Shown in pieces: positions 37,374 to 47,526 of a stretch of 64,000 nt of DNA (the stretch's first letter is position 1; every line of letters starts with the position of its first letter). This DNA is from an uncultured Candidatus Saccharibacteria bacterium. GTDB taxonomy: Bacteria > Patescibacteriota > Minisyncoccia > UBA6257 > UBA9933. The DNA lies in the NCBI GenBank assembly GCA_964453135.1, contig CAYVOL010000003.1, forward strand, positions 33,976 to 97,975, given 5' to 3'. The position numbers and the translations under genes are program-made. Under the pieces are notes generated by a model. That model was not told the origin of the DNA. It did not search any database and was given only the letters and a program-made list of their open reading frames with translations.

Positions 37374-37428
37374 TTTTTGTTATCCACATTGTTTTTAGCC
37401 TGCGAAAACAGGTATAATAGGTAGTGAA

Positions 37429-38259
37429 ATGCCTAAAAATTTGAGGGTCGGGTTGGCGGTTTTTGTGTTGATTGCCGGAATAACGGCCACTTATTTTATT
37501 ATTCAAAATTCTTCGGATTCTTCTCTAACAGAAAATCATAACGGAGAAGAAAATAAAACGGAAAATCAAGCAGTGGAGCTTATCCCTGATAATCCCTTGG
37601 ATTCTTCGAACGCAAGCTCAAGCCGGTTTTCCGTTTCAAACGGCAAAACAGCAAAAGCGAATTACAATTTGACCAACTCAATCGCCGAGTCGGTTTTCAA
37701 CAATCTTAATTCATCTGATGTTGTCAGCAAGATTAATAATAAAATTTCTCCCTCAGGCGGTTCATTGCCGAACGTAAATATCAATGATGTTTTGTCCAAA
37801 GCGCAGGCGGATTTGCGGCTTGTTTCAACAGACGACATTAAAGATAATCAACTAAAAATCTCCTCGGATAATTCCGCAAGCGCCAAACGAAAATATTTAA
37901 GCGATATTACCGCAACTCTTACAAATGATCTGAGTAATTTCAATAAAAATTATTTGCAGATAATCGTGGATACTTACCAAAAACTTGATTCTTCTTCAGC
38001 TGAAAAAGCGGCGGATATTTACGGGAAATTGGCGCGAGATTTTATGAATACTAACGTTCCTTCGGATTGGCAGGATGTTCATAAGGCAACCATTGTTTAT
38101 TATAAAAACTCGGAGGTTGTTTATCGGGCAATGGCCGATTATCAGAACGACCCGATAAAAGGTTACGCGGCTCTAGAAATTATTGAACAAGTGGCGGATG
38201 AAGGTTTGGCGGTCCAGCAGCAGCTGGCGGGAAAAGTAAAATTATTAAGCAAACAATAA
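37429..38259 (+). CDS. hypothetical membrane-anchored/secreted protein
   Basis: N-terminal TM (LAVFVLIAGITATYFII), with the remainder hydrophilic. No motif recognised. Confidence 0.4.
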   Translation: MPKNLRVGLAVFVLIAGITATYFIIQNSSDSSLTENHNGEENKTENQAVELIPDNPLDSSNASSSRFSVSNGKTAKANYNLTNSIAESVFNNLNSSDVVSKINNKISPSGGSLPNVNINDVLSKAQADLRLVSTDDIKDNQLKISSDNSASAKRKYLSDITATLTNDLSNFNKNYLQIIVDTYQKLDSSSAEKAADIYGKLARDFMNTNVPSDWQDVHKATIVYYKNSEVVYRAMADYQNDPIKGYAALEIIEQVADEGLAVQQQLAGKVKLLSKQ

Positions 38260-38262
38260 TTT

Positions 38263-39804
38263 ATGTTGGGAAAAAGGCAAAACATAATTTCAGCGTCGTC
38301 AATGATTTTTTTGGCGATTTTTTTGGTTAGCGAAGTAGCGGGCAATATTGTTTTTGTTGAGCAGGCGCAAGCGCAGACGTCAACGGGAAGCATAGCGGGG
38401 AAAGCTATTGCCGCGGGAACGGCTTGTTTTTTAAGCACGAAAGTAGAAGATTTGGCAGTCGGGCTTATTACTAAACTCCCTCTATTCGGAGAAGATGCTT
38501 CAGAAATGCCTAGTCATCCTTACGCTGTTCCGAGTGTTAGTGTTAATTTGCCAAGCGAAATTGGCAAAGTCCAAACCTCCAATGCTTTGATGAAATCCAA
38601 AGACTGCATCCGCGATGTTTTGGCGAAAATTCTTTTAGATTGGATAACCAACGAAACCGTTAACTGGATTTCCGGTGGAGGAAAGCCGGGGTTTGTCACC
38701 AACTGGAAAAATTTCTCCAACGACGCTTTTAACGCCGGCATAGGGGAGCTTATTTTTGACGACGCGAATTTCCGATCTCTTTGTTCCCCGTTTTCTTATC
38801 AGGTGCGGCTTAGTCTTTTGCCGGTTCAGCATTTCTTCGGCGACCAGATAAGATGCACGCTTGATCAGGTAACGAACAATATCCAGAATTTTTACGATGA
38901 CTTCCGAAACGGAGGATGGGTCACGTATGTTCAGATGGCGCGGCCGGAAAACGATTATTTCGGAGTGATGATGATGATTCAAGACGAGGCTTTGCGCCGC
39001 GCGTGGGCGGAGCAAAGAGCCAAAGAAAACGAAGCTTTGGCCGGAAAAGGATTTTTGTCGGTGAAGCAGTGCGAAGAGTGGGATCCTAACGACAAAACCA
39101 AATGTATTAAAGAATCAATTGTTACTCCCGGAGACGCGGTGGGGCAGACTGTTGGCGCCGCCATTACCTCGGACGTCCAATGGTCCGCCAATATCAAATC
39201 CTGGGTAGCGGCTTTGGTTAACGCGGCTCTTAACCGTCTTTTGAAAGAGGGTTTGGCGCAGATTAAAGGCGGAAGCAGTTCCAGCGGATTTTATTTCACC
39301 AACAGCTCGCCAAGAAATTACTATTACGGGTCAGGCGGAAATTATAATCCGATGGTCGGTTATCAGTATCAAGCCAAAACGGATTTGACTGACGGAATGC
39401 AGAAAGTTTTTGATGACTTGACGGTGATCAAGGGCGACAAGCAGTCAACGTTGTCTTATGCCAGCTCTACTTTACAAACTCTGACAGCTCTTCAGGCGGG
39501 GAATTGCCAGCCGCCGGTTTCCGCCGCCGATATTTCCGACGCGCAGAAGAAAGTTCAGACTTTAACCAACGACTTGGCGAGCATTGAAAATTTGAGAATA
39601 AAAATCAACCAGTTTATTCAGTACATAGAGAGTCTTACGGACAGTCAATTTACTCAGCAGTTTTCCAGTTTGCAGAGTCAGTTCAATGATTTAAGTTCTC
39701 AGGCTTCCACTTTCGGAGATACTTATCAATCAGAGGCGGCTTTGTCCCAAGCCGAAGCGGATAACGCCGCGGCAAAGACACGAGCGCAAACGTGCGGAAT
39801 ATAA
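38263..39804 (+). CDS. hypothetical secreted protein (513 aa)
   Basis: N-terminal signal/TM (MIFLAIFLVSEVAGNIVFV) followed by a large extracytoplasmic domain. It lies immediately upstream of the VirB6-like gene. Confidence 0.4.
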   Translation: MLGKRQNIISASSMIFLAIFLVSEVAGNIVFVEQAQAQTSTGSIAGKAIAAGTACFLSTKVEDLAVGLITKLPLFGEDASEMPSHPYAVPSVSVNLPSEIGKVQTSNALMKSKDCIRDVLAKILLDWITNETVNWISGGGKPGFVTNWKNFSNDAFNAGIGELIFDDANFRSLCSPFSYQVRLSLLPVQHFFGDQIRCTLDQVTNNIQNFYDDFRNGGWVTYVQMARPENDYFGVMMMIQDEALRRAWAEQRAKENEALAGKGFLSVKQCEEWDPNDKTKCIKESIVTPGDAVGQTVGAAITSDVQWSANIKSWVAALVNAALNRLLKEGLAQIKGGSSSSGFYFTNSSPRNYYYGSGGNYNPMVGYQYQAKTDLTDGMQKVFDDLTVIKGDKQSTLSYASSTLQTLTALQAGNCQPPVSAADISDAQKKVQTLTNDLASIENLRIKINQFIQYIESLTDSQFTQQFSSLQSQFNDLSSQASTFGDTYQSEAALSQAEADNAAAKTRAQTCGI

Positions 39805-39809
39805 TAAAA

Positions 39810-42197
39810 ATGTTTTCATCGCATAAAAAATTTATTTTGTCGCTTATTTTGATGGGGGCGGTTTTTGGAGTTGTTTTTGGCAGCGCGGGAGTTGGTTTGA
39901 CGTTGGCGGCGCCGGGCGACGGCAACGGCGGTTTGGGGGCCGGGATGTATAGCGGGTCTGGCGCCGCCGCTGGCACATGGAGCGGCAATCCTACGCCAAA
40001 CATCCAAAATCCAAGCGCAACAAATGAGCAGCTTAATCCTAATGGCACGACGAATGCCGAGAAAGCAACTACATTTGCGGTGGAGGCTTCGTTTTTTAAG
40101 TGGATATTACAAATAATATTAGGAGTTGTGGCGTCTTTTGTTCAGTGGGCGATGGATTTAAGTCAGAATTTAGACAAAATTACGGCTATCCAAGACGCTT
40201 GGAGAGTGTTTTTGAATTTGGCTGACCTAGGTTTTATTGTGGCTCTGATTGTTATTGCTTTCGCTACCATAATTCACTACGAAAACTACGCTATGAAGAA
40301 TACTCTATGGAAATTGATTGTGGCGGCGCTTTTAGTAAATTTCAGTTTTACCATCGGGATGTCTTTCATCCAGCTTTCTAACGCTGTTAGCGGATTTTTG
40401 ATTAGTAATATCACTAAAGATAAGGGAGGATTGGCGAATAGTTTAGGAACAATGATGTCTGTAAACAGGTTGTCCGAAAATGCCATTAGCAAAGATCCTG
40501 GTATCATTGCGTCTATTTGGAATGCGGGGAAAATGATCGCTGATGTACTTACAAATCCCCACAGGGTTCTCCTTAACGCCATTTTTATGATCATTTTTGT
40601 CATTCTTATGCTTTTAACCTTTTTTACTTTATTTGTTATGTTGTTGGTGCGATTTGTACATTTGGCTATATTGTTGATTTGGTCTCCCATTGCCTGGTTT
40701 TGTTGGATTTTCCCTTATACTGATAGCCATTGGAAAAAATGGTGGCGTGATATGTTGAAATGGAATATTTTTTTGCCCGCTGTATTATTGTGGATTTATG
40801 TGGCGCAATTGGTAGCAAATAATGTTAATGATTTGTCTATAAGTAAATCAGGGTTTGGAAGTTCTCAGGCAGATACAATGGCAAGCGTGGCGACCGAGGC
40901 TGTTTTGGGAGCGGATTTCTTTAGTTATGCCGCAAAAATAGTGTTGATTTGCGGGTTTATCGTAATGGGTATGATAGCGGCTTATGAGACGGGCATCGCG
41001 GGAGGAAAAATTGCCTATAACCGAGCTGAGGCGATGAAGAATTGGAGCGTTAATAAATCTAAAGGCAAGGCGAAAGAATGGGGATGGAGAGCCGGACGAG
41101 GCGCCGTAGGTGGAGAATGGGTTAAGAAAAAGGCGGGTGAGTTATCTCAAGCGGAAGGAAGGGGCATTAAAAAGCCTTGGGCTTTTGTTCAAAAGCAGTT
41201 AGCCAAGGGATTAAACAGAATGGGAGCGGCCACGGAAGCAGGCGTGAAGAAAGCTACTGACGATAAAGAATATCGCAAATATGTCAGCAGTTTGGATAAA
41301 ACTCGGCAGCAGATTGAATTGCAAAGCATGAGCGGAAGGAAACTGGCTATTGCCGTGGAAGAGTTAAGTAAGTCCGGCAAATTGGATTACGACGGTAAAT
41401 TTACCGTTAAACTTCGGGAAGATCCTGAATTGTTAAAGCGAATGGAGGGTGATTTCAATAGGTTTAAATTAGATGACAAGATGCTTTTGCAAGCCGCGGG
41501 GTTTAGAAATTCCAGTTTGATGGAATTGGAACAAGATCCTGAATATCAAAGAGCCAGGAATTATCGCGCAGCCCAGCAATTAGAGCAAGAAGCGGTAGAA
41601 GCTGAATCGCGGGGAGATTTGGGAGAAGCCAGAGCTAAAACGGCCAAGCGCAATATGATTATGGATGAATTAGATATGACGAAGTTTGATACAACGAAAG
41701 TAGATCAGATAATTGAAGAACATGACAACAAACTCTCTGATATTCAGAAGAAGTTTTCTAACGCGGATATCAGCAAGAATAAAGCAGTTCAAGATTTGTT
41801 TAAGGAAAAACCCGCGGTTGGCGCTGTGTTGGGAACCGATGTTATTATCGGAATGCGGCAGGCGTTTGTGGATGCGTTGAGCCAGGCGGATAAAATCGAC
41901 GTTTTGAATTCAATGCCTTCCAATATGAACAGTCACCAAGTTCGCCAGTTGAATGTTGCTATGGAAAATACCATCAAGAATCTTGAAGCTTTAGCGGAGC
42001 AAGCGAAGAAAGCGAAGGATGTAAGGAAAGAGGAGGAATATAGAGAAAGGATTAAACGAATGCAAAAAGCTAGAGATAGGTCATTGGGCAGGGCGCTTCT
42101 TGGCGCTGCAGAGACCAAAAAGAAAAAAGGAGGAGGAGAAGATGAGGATGAAGATGATGAGAAAGAGGAGAAGGGGAAAAAGGAAGAGAAAAAATAA
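39810..42197 (+). CDS. VirB6/TrbL-like polytopic membrane protein with long cytoplasmic coiled-coil and K/E-rich tail (TcpH/PrgH-like)
   Basis: About 6-8 TM segments between aa 100 and 420. A coiled-coil C-terminus ends in an EEKGKKEEKK tail. The size and architecture resemble VirB6-like channel components of Gram-positive T4SSs. The N-terminal ~50 aa are paralogous to the ORF at 48247. Confidence 0.5.
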   Translation: MFSSHKKFILSLILMGAVFGVVFGSAGVGLTLAAPGDGNGGLGAGMYSGSGAAAGTWSGNPTPNIQNPSATNEQLNPNGTTNAEKATTFAVEASFFKWILQIILGVVASFVQWAMDLSQNLDKITAIQDAWRVFLNLADLGFIVALIVIAFATIIHYENYAMKNTLWKLIVAALLVNFSFTIGMSFIQLSNAVSGFLISNITKDKGGLANSLGTMMSVNRLSENAISKDPGIIASIWNAGKMIADVLTNPHRVLLNAIFMIIFVILMLLTFFTLFVMLLVRFVHLAILLIWSPIAWFCWIFPYTDSHWKKWWRDMLKWNIFLPAVLLWIYVAQLVANNVNDLSISKSGFGSSQADTMASVATEAVLGADFFSYAAKIVLICGFIVMGMIAAYETGIAGGKIAYNRAEAMKNWSVNKSKGKAKEWGWRAGRGAVGGEWVKKKAGELSQAEGRGIKKPWAFVQKQLAKGLNRMGAATEAGVKKATDDKEYRKYVSSLDKTRQQIELQSMSGRKLAIAVEELSKSGKLDYDGKFTVKLREDPELLKRMEGDFNRFKLDDKMLLQAAGFRNSSLMELEQDPEYQRARNYRAAQQLEQEAVEAESRGDLGEARAKTAKRNMIMDELDMTKFDTTKVDQIIEEHDNKLSDIQKKFSNADISKNKAVQDLFKEKPAVGAVLGTDVIIGMRQAFVDALSQADKIDVLNSMPSNMNSHQVRQLNVAMENTIKNLEALAEQAKKAKDVRKEEEYRERIKRMQKARDRSLGRALLGAAETKKKKGGGEDEDEDDEKEEKGKKEEKK

Positions 42198-42202
42198 AAA
42201 AT

Positions 42203-43903
42203 ATGTTAACAATTTCCCAGCAACAAATTGATAATCGTTATGATTCTCTTCCCGCTGTTTTGAAGGAGGCGCTTTTTTCCACTGACAACGCGGATTCGTT
42301 GTGGAACATTGGCGATGGCAATCATCTTTCTGATGACAAAAAATCAGATTTAGCCGGAATTGTGGGCAACGTGATTTTGGGATTTATTCACCCTGATGAT
42401 TTAGCCAAAGAAATAGCCGCTGACTTGATGATTGATAATCGCTTAGCTCAGCAGTTGTCGGAAGAGGTTAATAAAAAAATAATTTCGCCGGTTCGCTCGG
42501 AAGTTGAAAAAATTTATCGGTCGCCCTCAGCCGGCGCCGCGTCTGATTTATCATTAAAAATTCCGCTAAGGGAAATGAAAGAGCAAGAAGAATCGCCCGT
42601 TGTTTCGGAGAGCCCGAAGGAAATATTGACAGGGGAGAAACCGAAAGTTTTGGATGTTTCCGCGCCGGCTGTTTTTTCTTTGTCTCCTGATTCTAATGAG
42701 AGAGCGCCGGAAGGAACGGGAGGGTTTCTAAAAACTAAACCAAAAACAGGAGAAGAGTTGAGATCTGAGCTGGGAGTAGTGTCGGACGCTAAACTAGAGG
42801 CAATAGAGAAAGTAGAAGAATTTGTCGCCAAAGAGCCAATCAGAGAATTTAAGCCGGAAAAAGCGGAGCCGGTAAAAATAGAAGAAGCGCCCACTATTAT
42901 TCACGAAGAAGCTGAAATAAAACAAACTGTAAATACCAAGCCGTATATCAGCGGAATTTTCGGATTTTTGAAACGCAAGCGTCCAACAATCACCGAACAG
43001 GTAAAAATAACAGCCACGATTAATCCGGAGGAAGAAAGTCCGCAAAATATATCCCAGAAATTGCCGGCAGAAAAAGAAGAAAAAGAAAAAACAATTCCCT
43101 CCGATAGTTCTTATGAAAGCGGCCAATTAAAGACAGAAGCAGGGAAGAATCAAGAGGAGGGACATCAGTTGTTTTCCATAGAAGATATTATTTCCGCTAG
43201 AAAGGAGACGAAAGAGAGGGAAGAACAAGAAAAGATTATTGAAGAGCAGGTATTGGAAAATCAACCAAGCGGCGCGGCGGCAGAGTTGTCTCAGGCGTCT
43301 CAATCTCCTAAAACACTGGAAACGCCGGTTGAAATTCCTTTTGAAATTCCTTCGGCAAATGAGTTTTTAGCATCGCCTTCGCCAGTTCCTCCCTCATCGC
43401 TTTCGTCGTCGGATATTTTGGCGGAAGAGAAATTAGCCATTCAAGAAGAGTCTCAAAAAGAAGAACAGCCAGCGGCGCCAAAAGAACAATTCTTGTCCAA
43501 TGTTTCGGAAGAAAAATTGACAGCTCAAGATGATAAACCGAAAATCCGCGTAGTGCATTACAGCGATTTGAGGACATTGCTGGAAGAATCAGGAGAACAA
43601 GGAAAGCAGGAAAAAATGAACAATGTTTTTCCGGAAGAAAATGAAATAGAAAATAAGAAAGAGATAATTGAGCAAGAAAATAAAGCGGAGAAAATTTTAG
43701 CAGTTAATTTTCCACCGGAAGATAGAAAGGAAAATAAAGAAGATTTAAAGAGCCAGCAAGCGGCGCGGGAAACTTCGCCAGTTAATGCTTCTTCGGCTCC
43801 CGCAGGATCGGCTGAAAAAGATATCCCTGATGTCAATAATATAAAACTGGAAGATTTGCCGGTGGGAGACAATGTTATTGACTTGCGGAAGCTGGAGCAA
43901 TAA
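42203..43903 (+). CDS. acidic low-complexity (E/K/S/P-rich, likely disordered) protein with a structured N-terminal ~110 aa
   Basis: 566 aa of mostly low-complexity charged sequence. No enzymatic motif. Confidence 0.45.
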   Translation: MLTISQQQIDNRYDSLPAVLKEALFSTDNADSLWNIGDGNHLSDDKKSDLAGIVGNVILGFIHPDDLAKEIAADLMIDNRLAQQLSEEVNKKIISPVRSEVEKIYRSPSAGAASDLSLKIPLREMKEQEESPVVSESPKEILTGEKPKVLDVSAPAVFSLSPDSNERAPEGTGGFLKTKPKTGEELRSELGVVSDAKLEAIEKVEEFVAKEPIREFKPEKAEPVKIEEAPTIIHEEAEIKQTVNTKPYISGIFGFLKRKRPTITEQVKITATINPEEESPQNISQKLPAEKEEKEKTIPSDSSYESGQLKTEAGKNQEEGHQLFSIEDIISARKETKEREEQEKIIEEQVLENQPSGAAAELSQASQSPKTLETPVEIPFEIPSANEFLASPSPVPPSSLSSSDILAEEKLAIQEESQKEEQPAAPKEQFLSNVSEEKLTAQDDKPKIRVVHYSDLRTLLEESGEQGKQEKMNNVFPEENEIENKKEIIEQENKAEKILAVNFPPEDRKENKEDLKSQQAARETSPVNASSAPAGSAEKDIPDVNNIKLEDLPVGDNVIDLRKLEQ

Positions 43904-44032
43904 ATAAAACTTGAATCTTAAAACTCAAATCTTGAATTTTAAAATCACAACGAGAACTCTAAACTTGGAAATTCAGTCACAGATATTTTTTAATAGAGAT
44001 TTTGGGTTTTCTTTCTCTAGTTTTGTTATTTT

Positions 44033-44548
44033 ATGCAGTTTCAAACTCCTCAATTTATTGAAATAGAAGATAAGATTTGGGGACCTTTTTCTTTAAGGGA
44101 GCTTTTGTATTTAATCGCCGGAGGGGCGGTTAGTTTATTTGCTTTTTATTTATTTAAATTCTGGCTGGCGGCCGTTACCACCGCGCTGGCGGCTTCTTTA
44201 AGTTTGTCTTTCGCTCTAATCAGGTATAACGGTCAGCCTTTTCATAGGCTCGTCTTTTCCGTTTTTTATTATTTTTGGCATCCGCGTTTTTATTTGTGGC
44301 AAAGGCAGATACAGGAGAAAACCATTGATATTCCGGAATTTTCCGTTTTGAACAAGCGTAAGACCTTGAAAGAACTGGCCAGCGAAATGCCGTCCGTAAA
44401 GCAGTTGTGGATGCAGATGATGACGGCTAAGAATCCCATTCCGGCGCGGGAAAAAGCCGTCAACATTGATCGCATCACCGACAGATTTTCTTTATTTAGG
44501 AAATTAAGTGGAGAGAGAGAGGTGGCGAGAAGAATTGATTATCGTTGA
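44033..44548 (+). CDS. PrgI/VirB3-like small membrane protein
   Basis: The N-terminus QFIEIEDKIWGPFSLRELLYLIAGGAVSLFAFYLF fits the PrgI-family pattern (..I.G.fs.Rq...l..g.. + 2 TM). It sits directly upstream of VirB4, as in Gram-positive T4SS loci. Confidence 0.5.
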   Translation: MQFQTPQFIEIEDKIWGPFSLRELLYLIAGGAVSLFAFYLFKFWLAAVTTALAASLSLSFALIRYNGQPFHRLVFSVFYYFWHPRFYLWQRQIQEKTIDIPEFSVLNKRKTLKELASEMPSVKQLWMQMMTAKNPIPAREKAVNIDRITDRFSLFRKLSGEREVARRIDYR

Positions 44549-44607
44549 TTGGTGGCAAGAATCCGTTGGATTGGTTATTATAGTTTGATAGGGTAAATAA
44601 TTTTATT

Positions 44608-45267
44608 ATGCCTAAAGAATCACAGCCTACGCAACAATTTGTAGACATAGAAGAAATCCGAAACGGAATAGTCGTTTTGAAAAACGGAAGTTTGCGCCGC
44701 GTTCTGCTTGTTTCGGGAATTAATTTTGAGTTAAAATCGGAAGAAGAAAAAAACGCCGTTCTGGGCGCTTACCAGAATTTTCTAAATTCTTTGGATTTTT
44801 CTTTGCAAATCGTCGTCCATTCCCGGAAGTTTAATATAGAAAAGTATATTAAAAATGTGGAAAGTCGCTTGGAACAGGAGGGGCACGAGTTGATAAGAGA
44901 ACAGACCACGGAGTATTTGAATTTCATCAAATCGTTCGTTCAGGACAACGCTATAATGTCCAAGAATTTTTTTGTGATAGTGCCTTACGAATCCATCTCT
45001 TTGAAAGAAGCCGCCGGATTTTTGGGAAACATCCCGTTTTTAGGCAATAAGAAGAATGCCAAAAAAGAAGCGGCGAAAGCGAGAGAAACTATCGCGGAAA
45101 AAACAATCCAGCTGGACCAGCGGACAGAGGCTGTTATCAACGGATTGGTGAGCGTCGGGTTGAGAGCCATTATCCTGGACGATGAAGAACTTATTGAATT
45201 GTTTTATAATTTATACAATCCTCAGTCTACGGAGAAAAAAGAATTGAAAATCGCCAAACAGCAATAA
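44608..45267 (+). CDS. VirB4/TrbE/CagE N-terminal domain, encoded as a separate ORF
   Basis: ...IVVLKNGSLRRVLLVSGINFELKSEEEKNAVLGAYQNFLNSL... matches the CagE_TrbE_VirB N-terminal domain pattern. It ends with a TAA immediately followed by the ATG of the ATPase ORF (taaATG). Confidence 0.55.
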   Translation: MPKESQPTQQFVDIEEIRNGIVVLKNGSLRRVLLVSGINFELKSEEEKNAVLGAYQNFLNSLDFSLQIVVHSRKFNIEKYIKNVESRLEQEGHELIREQTTEYLNFIKSFVQDNAIMSKNFFVIVPYESISLKEAAGFLGNIPFLGNKKNAKKEAAKARETIAEKTIQLDQRTEAVINGLVSVGLRAIILDDEELIELFYNLYNPQSTEKKELKIAKQQ

Positions 45268-47013
45268 ATGGAACAAGTTAAAATACCGCAAGCCTATACT
45301 CCCGGAGAGCGCGATGTAGAAAATATTATCGCGCCGGCCGCTATAGAAATTAATCCCAACTACCTACGCTTGGGGGATATTTTTTCCAAAACTCTTTTTC
45401 TTTTCACTTATCCGCGCTATCTGGCAAGCGGCTGGTTTGATTCTTTGGTGAATATGCCTGAGCTTCTTGATTTGGCAATTTTTGTCCATCCTATTGATAC
45501 GGCGGAAGCTTTGAAAAAACTGCGCAGAAAAGTTACGGAAATTGAGGCGCAGTTGGCGGAACGGGCGGATAAGGGAATGGTGCGCGACCCGCAATTGGAA
45601 ACAGCCTACACTGACGTGGAAAATTTAAGAGACCAGCTTCAGCAGGCGCAGGAAAGATTGTTTGATGTTAGCGTGTATATCACCATTTACGCCAATTCGC
45701 TGGAAGAACTTAACGCCGCGGAAGAAAAATTGGTGAATCTGCTGGACAGCCAGCTGATTTACGCCAAGCCCACGATGTTCCAGCATATTGACGGATTTAT
45801 TTCCACTTTGCCTTTGGCGCAGGACAAACTTTTTATCCATACTCCTTTTAACACCCAGCCGCTTTCTTCTTTTTTCCCTTTTGTTTCGGCAGACCTTACT
45901 TCTGAGGAAGGAATTTTATACGGCGTCAACGAGCATGATAATTCGCTGGTGATTTTTGACCGTTTTTCTCTGGAAAATTACAATCAGGTTATTTTTGCTA
46001 AAGCCGGCGCGGGAAAATCATTTACCGCGAAGGTGGAAATTTTAAGGTCTCTGATGTCGGACATAGACGTTTTGGTTATTGATCCGGAAAACGAATATCA
46101 GCGCTTGGCGGATTCCATGGGAGGAAGCGTAGTGAAAATTTCTCTTACTTCCAAGACATCCATTAACCCTTTGGATATCCCTATTGTTCCTAAAGGGGAA
46201 GACCCGGCCGATGTTTTTAAGTCGCATATTTTGAATTTAGTGGGCCTTTTGAAATTGATGCTGGGGGAGATTACTCCCGAAGAGGACGCTATTTTGGACC
46301 GCGCTATTGCCGAAACTTATTTTTCCCGGGGCATTACCGCTGACGTGAAAGATTTTTCCAAGCTGGAGCCGCCGCTTTTGGAAGATTTAGAGACGGTTTT
46401 AAATAATATTGAAGGAGGAAAGAGCATGGCGTCCCGTCTTTATAAATACACCAAAGGAACTTACGCCGGTTTTGCCAACCGTCCTACCAATGTAGAGGTG
46501 AATAACAGAATGGTTGTTTTTGAAATCCGCGATTTGGAAGAAGAACTGCGTCCGATGGCGATGTATATCGTGCTTAATTTCGTGTGGAATTTAATCCGTT
46601 CGCAGCTGAAAAAACGGATTATGATTATTGACGAGGCTTGGTGGATGATGAAATATCCGGACAGCGCCGCTTTTCTTTTTAGCTTGGCGAAAAGATGCCG
46701 CAAGTATTATCTGGGGCTGACCACCATCACCCAGAACGTGGAGGATTTTCTCAATTCTCCTTACGGCCACCCGATTATCACCAACTCCTCTTTGCAGTTG
46801 TTGTTGAAACAGGCGCCGGCCGCGGCGGACATTATCACGCGCACTTTCAGCTTGAGCGAAACGGAAAAAAACTTTTTGCTTCAGGCGGAAGTAGGTGAAG
46901 GAATATTCTTGGTGGGGTTAAAGCACGTGGTTTTGAAAATTTTAGCTTCTTATTTTGAAGAGCGCATCATTACCACCAATCCGGAAGAATTATTGGAGAT
47001 GGGGGAGGGATAA
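45268..47013 (+). CDS. virB4: VirB4-family T4SS ATPase (C-terminal ATPase portion)
   Basis: Walker A AKAGAGKSFTAK and the VirB4-type Walker B IIDEAWWMM, with a C-terminal motif block (TQNVEDF). Confidence 0.75.
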   Translation: MEQVKIPQAYTPGERDVENIIAPAAIEINPNYLRLGDIFSKTLFLFTYPRYLASGWFDSLVNMPELLDLAIFVHPIDTAEALKKLRRKVTEIEAQLAERADKGMVRDPQLETAYTDVENLRDQLQQAQERLFDVSVYITIYANSLEELNAAEEKLVNLLDSQLIYAKPTMFQHIDGFISTLPLAQDKLFIHTPFNTQPLSSFFPFVSADLTSEEGILYGVNEHDNSLVIFDRFSLENYNQVIFAKAGAGKSFTAKVEILRSLMSDIDVLVIDPENEYQRLADSMGGSVVKISLTSKTSINPLDIPIVPKGEDPADVFKSHILNLVGLLKLMLGEITPEEDAILDRAIAETYFSRGITADVKDFSKLEPPLLEDLETVLNNIEGGKSMASRLYKYTKGTYAGFANRPTNVEVNNRMVVFEIRDLEEELRPMAMYIVLNFVWNLIRSQLKKRIMIIDEAWWMMKYPDSAAFLFSLAKRCRKYYLGLTTITQNVEDFLNSPYGHPIITNSSLQLLLKQAPAAADIITRTFSLSETEKNFLLQAEVGEGIFLVGLKHVVLKILASYFEERIITTNPEELLEMGEG

Positions 47014-47017
47014 TTAA

Positions 47018-47425
47018 ATGGAACAATACGAGCAAGACGAAATAGAATATCAGGAAGGAGAAGAAGATGAGGAAAAGGAAGGAATAAGGATTCATTTAGC
47101 CGAGGGTATTTTTATCACTTTGTTGTTGATTACTACTGAAGGCATTGGCGCAATATTGAGTTGGGCGACATTTGCCGGCGCGATTATTTCCGAAGTTATT
47201 AACGGAGCAGTGGGAATAGCCGTGGAAATATATTTATTTTTTAGAGGCGCGCGAGGCGCGAGGCAATTGGCTGTTTTCGGATTGGGTATTTTTATTGACG
47301 AGATGGATGGAGGATTTTTTCCCACGGAAACAATTTTATGGCTTATTACCTGGTATTTGATAAATCATCCTAAAACAATGGAAAAAATGGGACCGGCAGC
47401 TCAAATAGCTGAATTGGGGAAATAG
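47018..47425 (+). CDS. small protein with acidic N-terminus and two TM helices (T4SS-associated, unknown role)
   Basis: An MEQYEQDEIEYQEGEEDEEKEG tail, then two hydrophobic helices. A VirB2-like role is speculative. Confidence 0.35.
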   Translation: MEQYEQDEIEYQEGEEDEEKEGIRIHLAEGIFITLLLITTEGIGAILSWATFAGAIISEVINGAVGIAVEIYLFFRGARGARQLAVFGLGIFIDEMDGGFFPTETILWLITWYLINHPKTMEKMGPAAQIAELGK

Positions 47426-47526
47426 AAAAATTTTGATACAATATAGAAAAGAAGTTCAAAATGAAAAATCTAAAAGGCAAAATTTTAATCAAAAATTAAA
47501 AAGTGATTGATGGGGAATAATTTTTA

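Noticed and set aside
37375-37428. Candidate promoter (ttgttt-18-TATAAT) upstream of the ORF at 37429
   Set aside because: The -10 is a perfect TATAAT but the -35 is weak and the spacer is 18 nt. AT-rich DNA yields many such matches by chance, so it is not reported as a feature.
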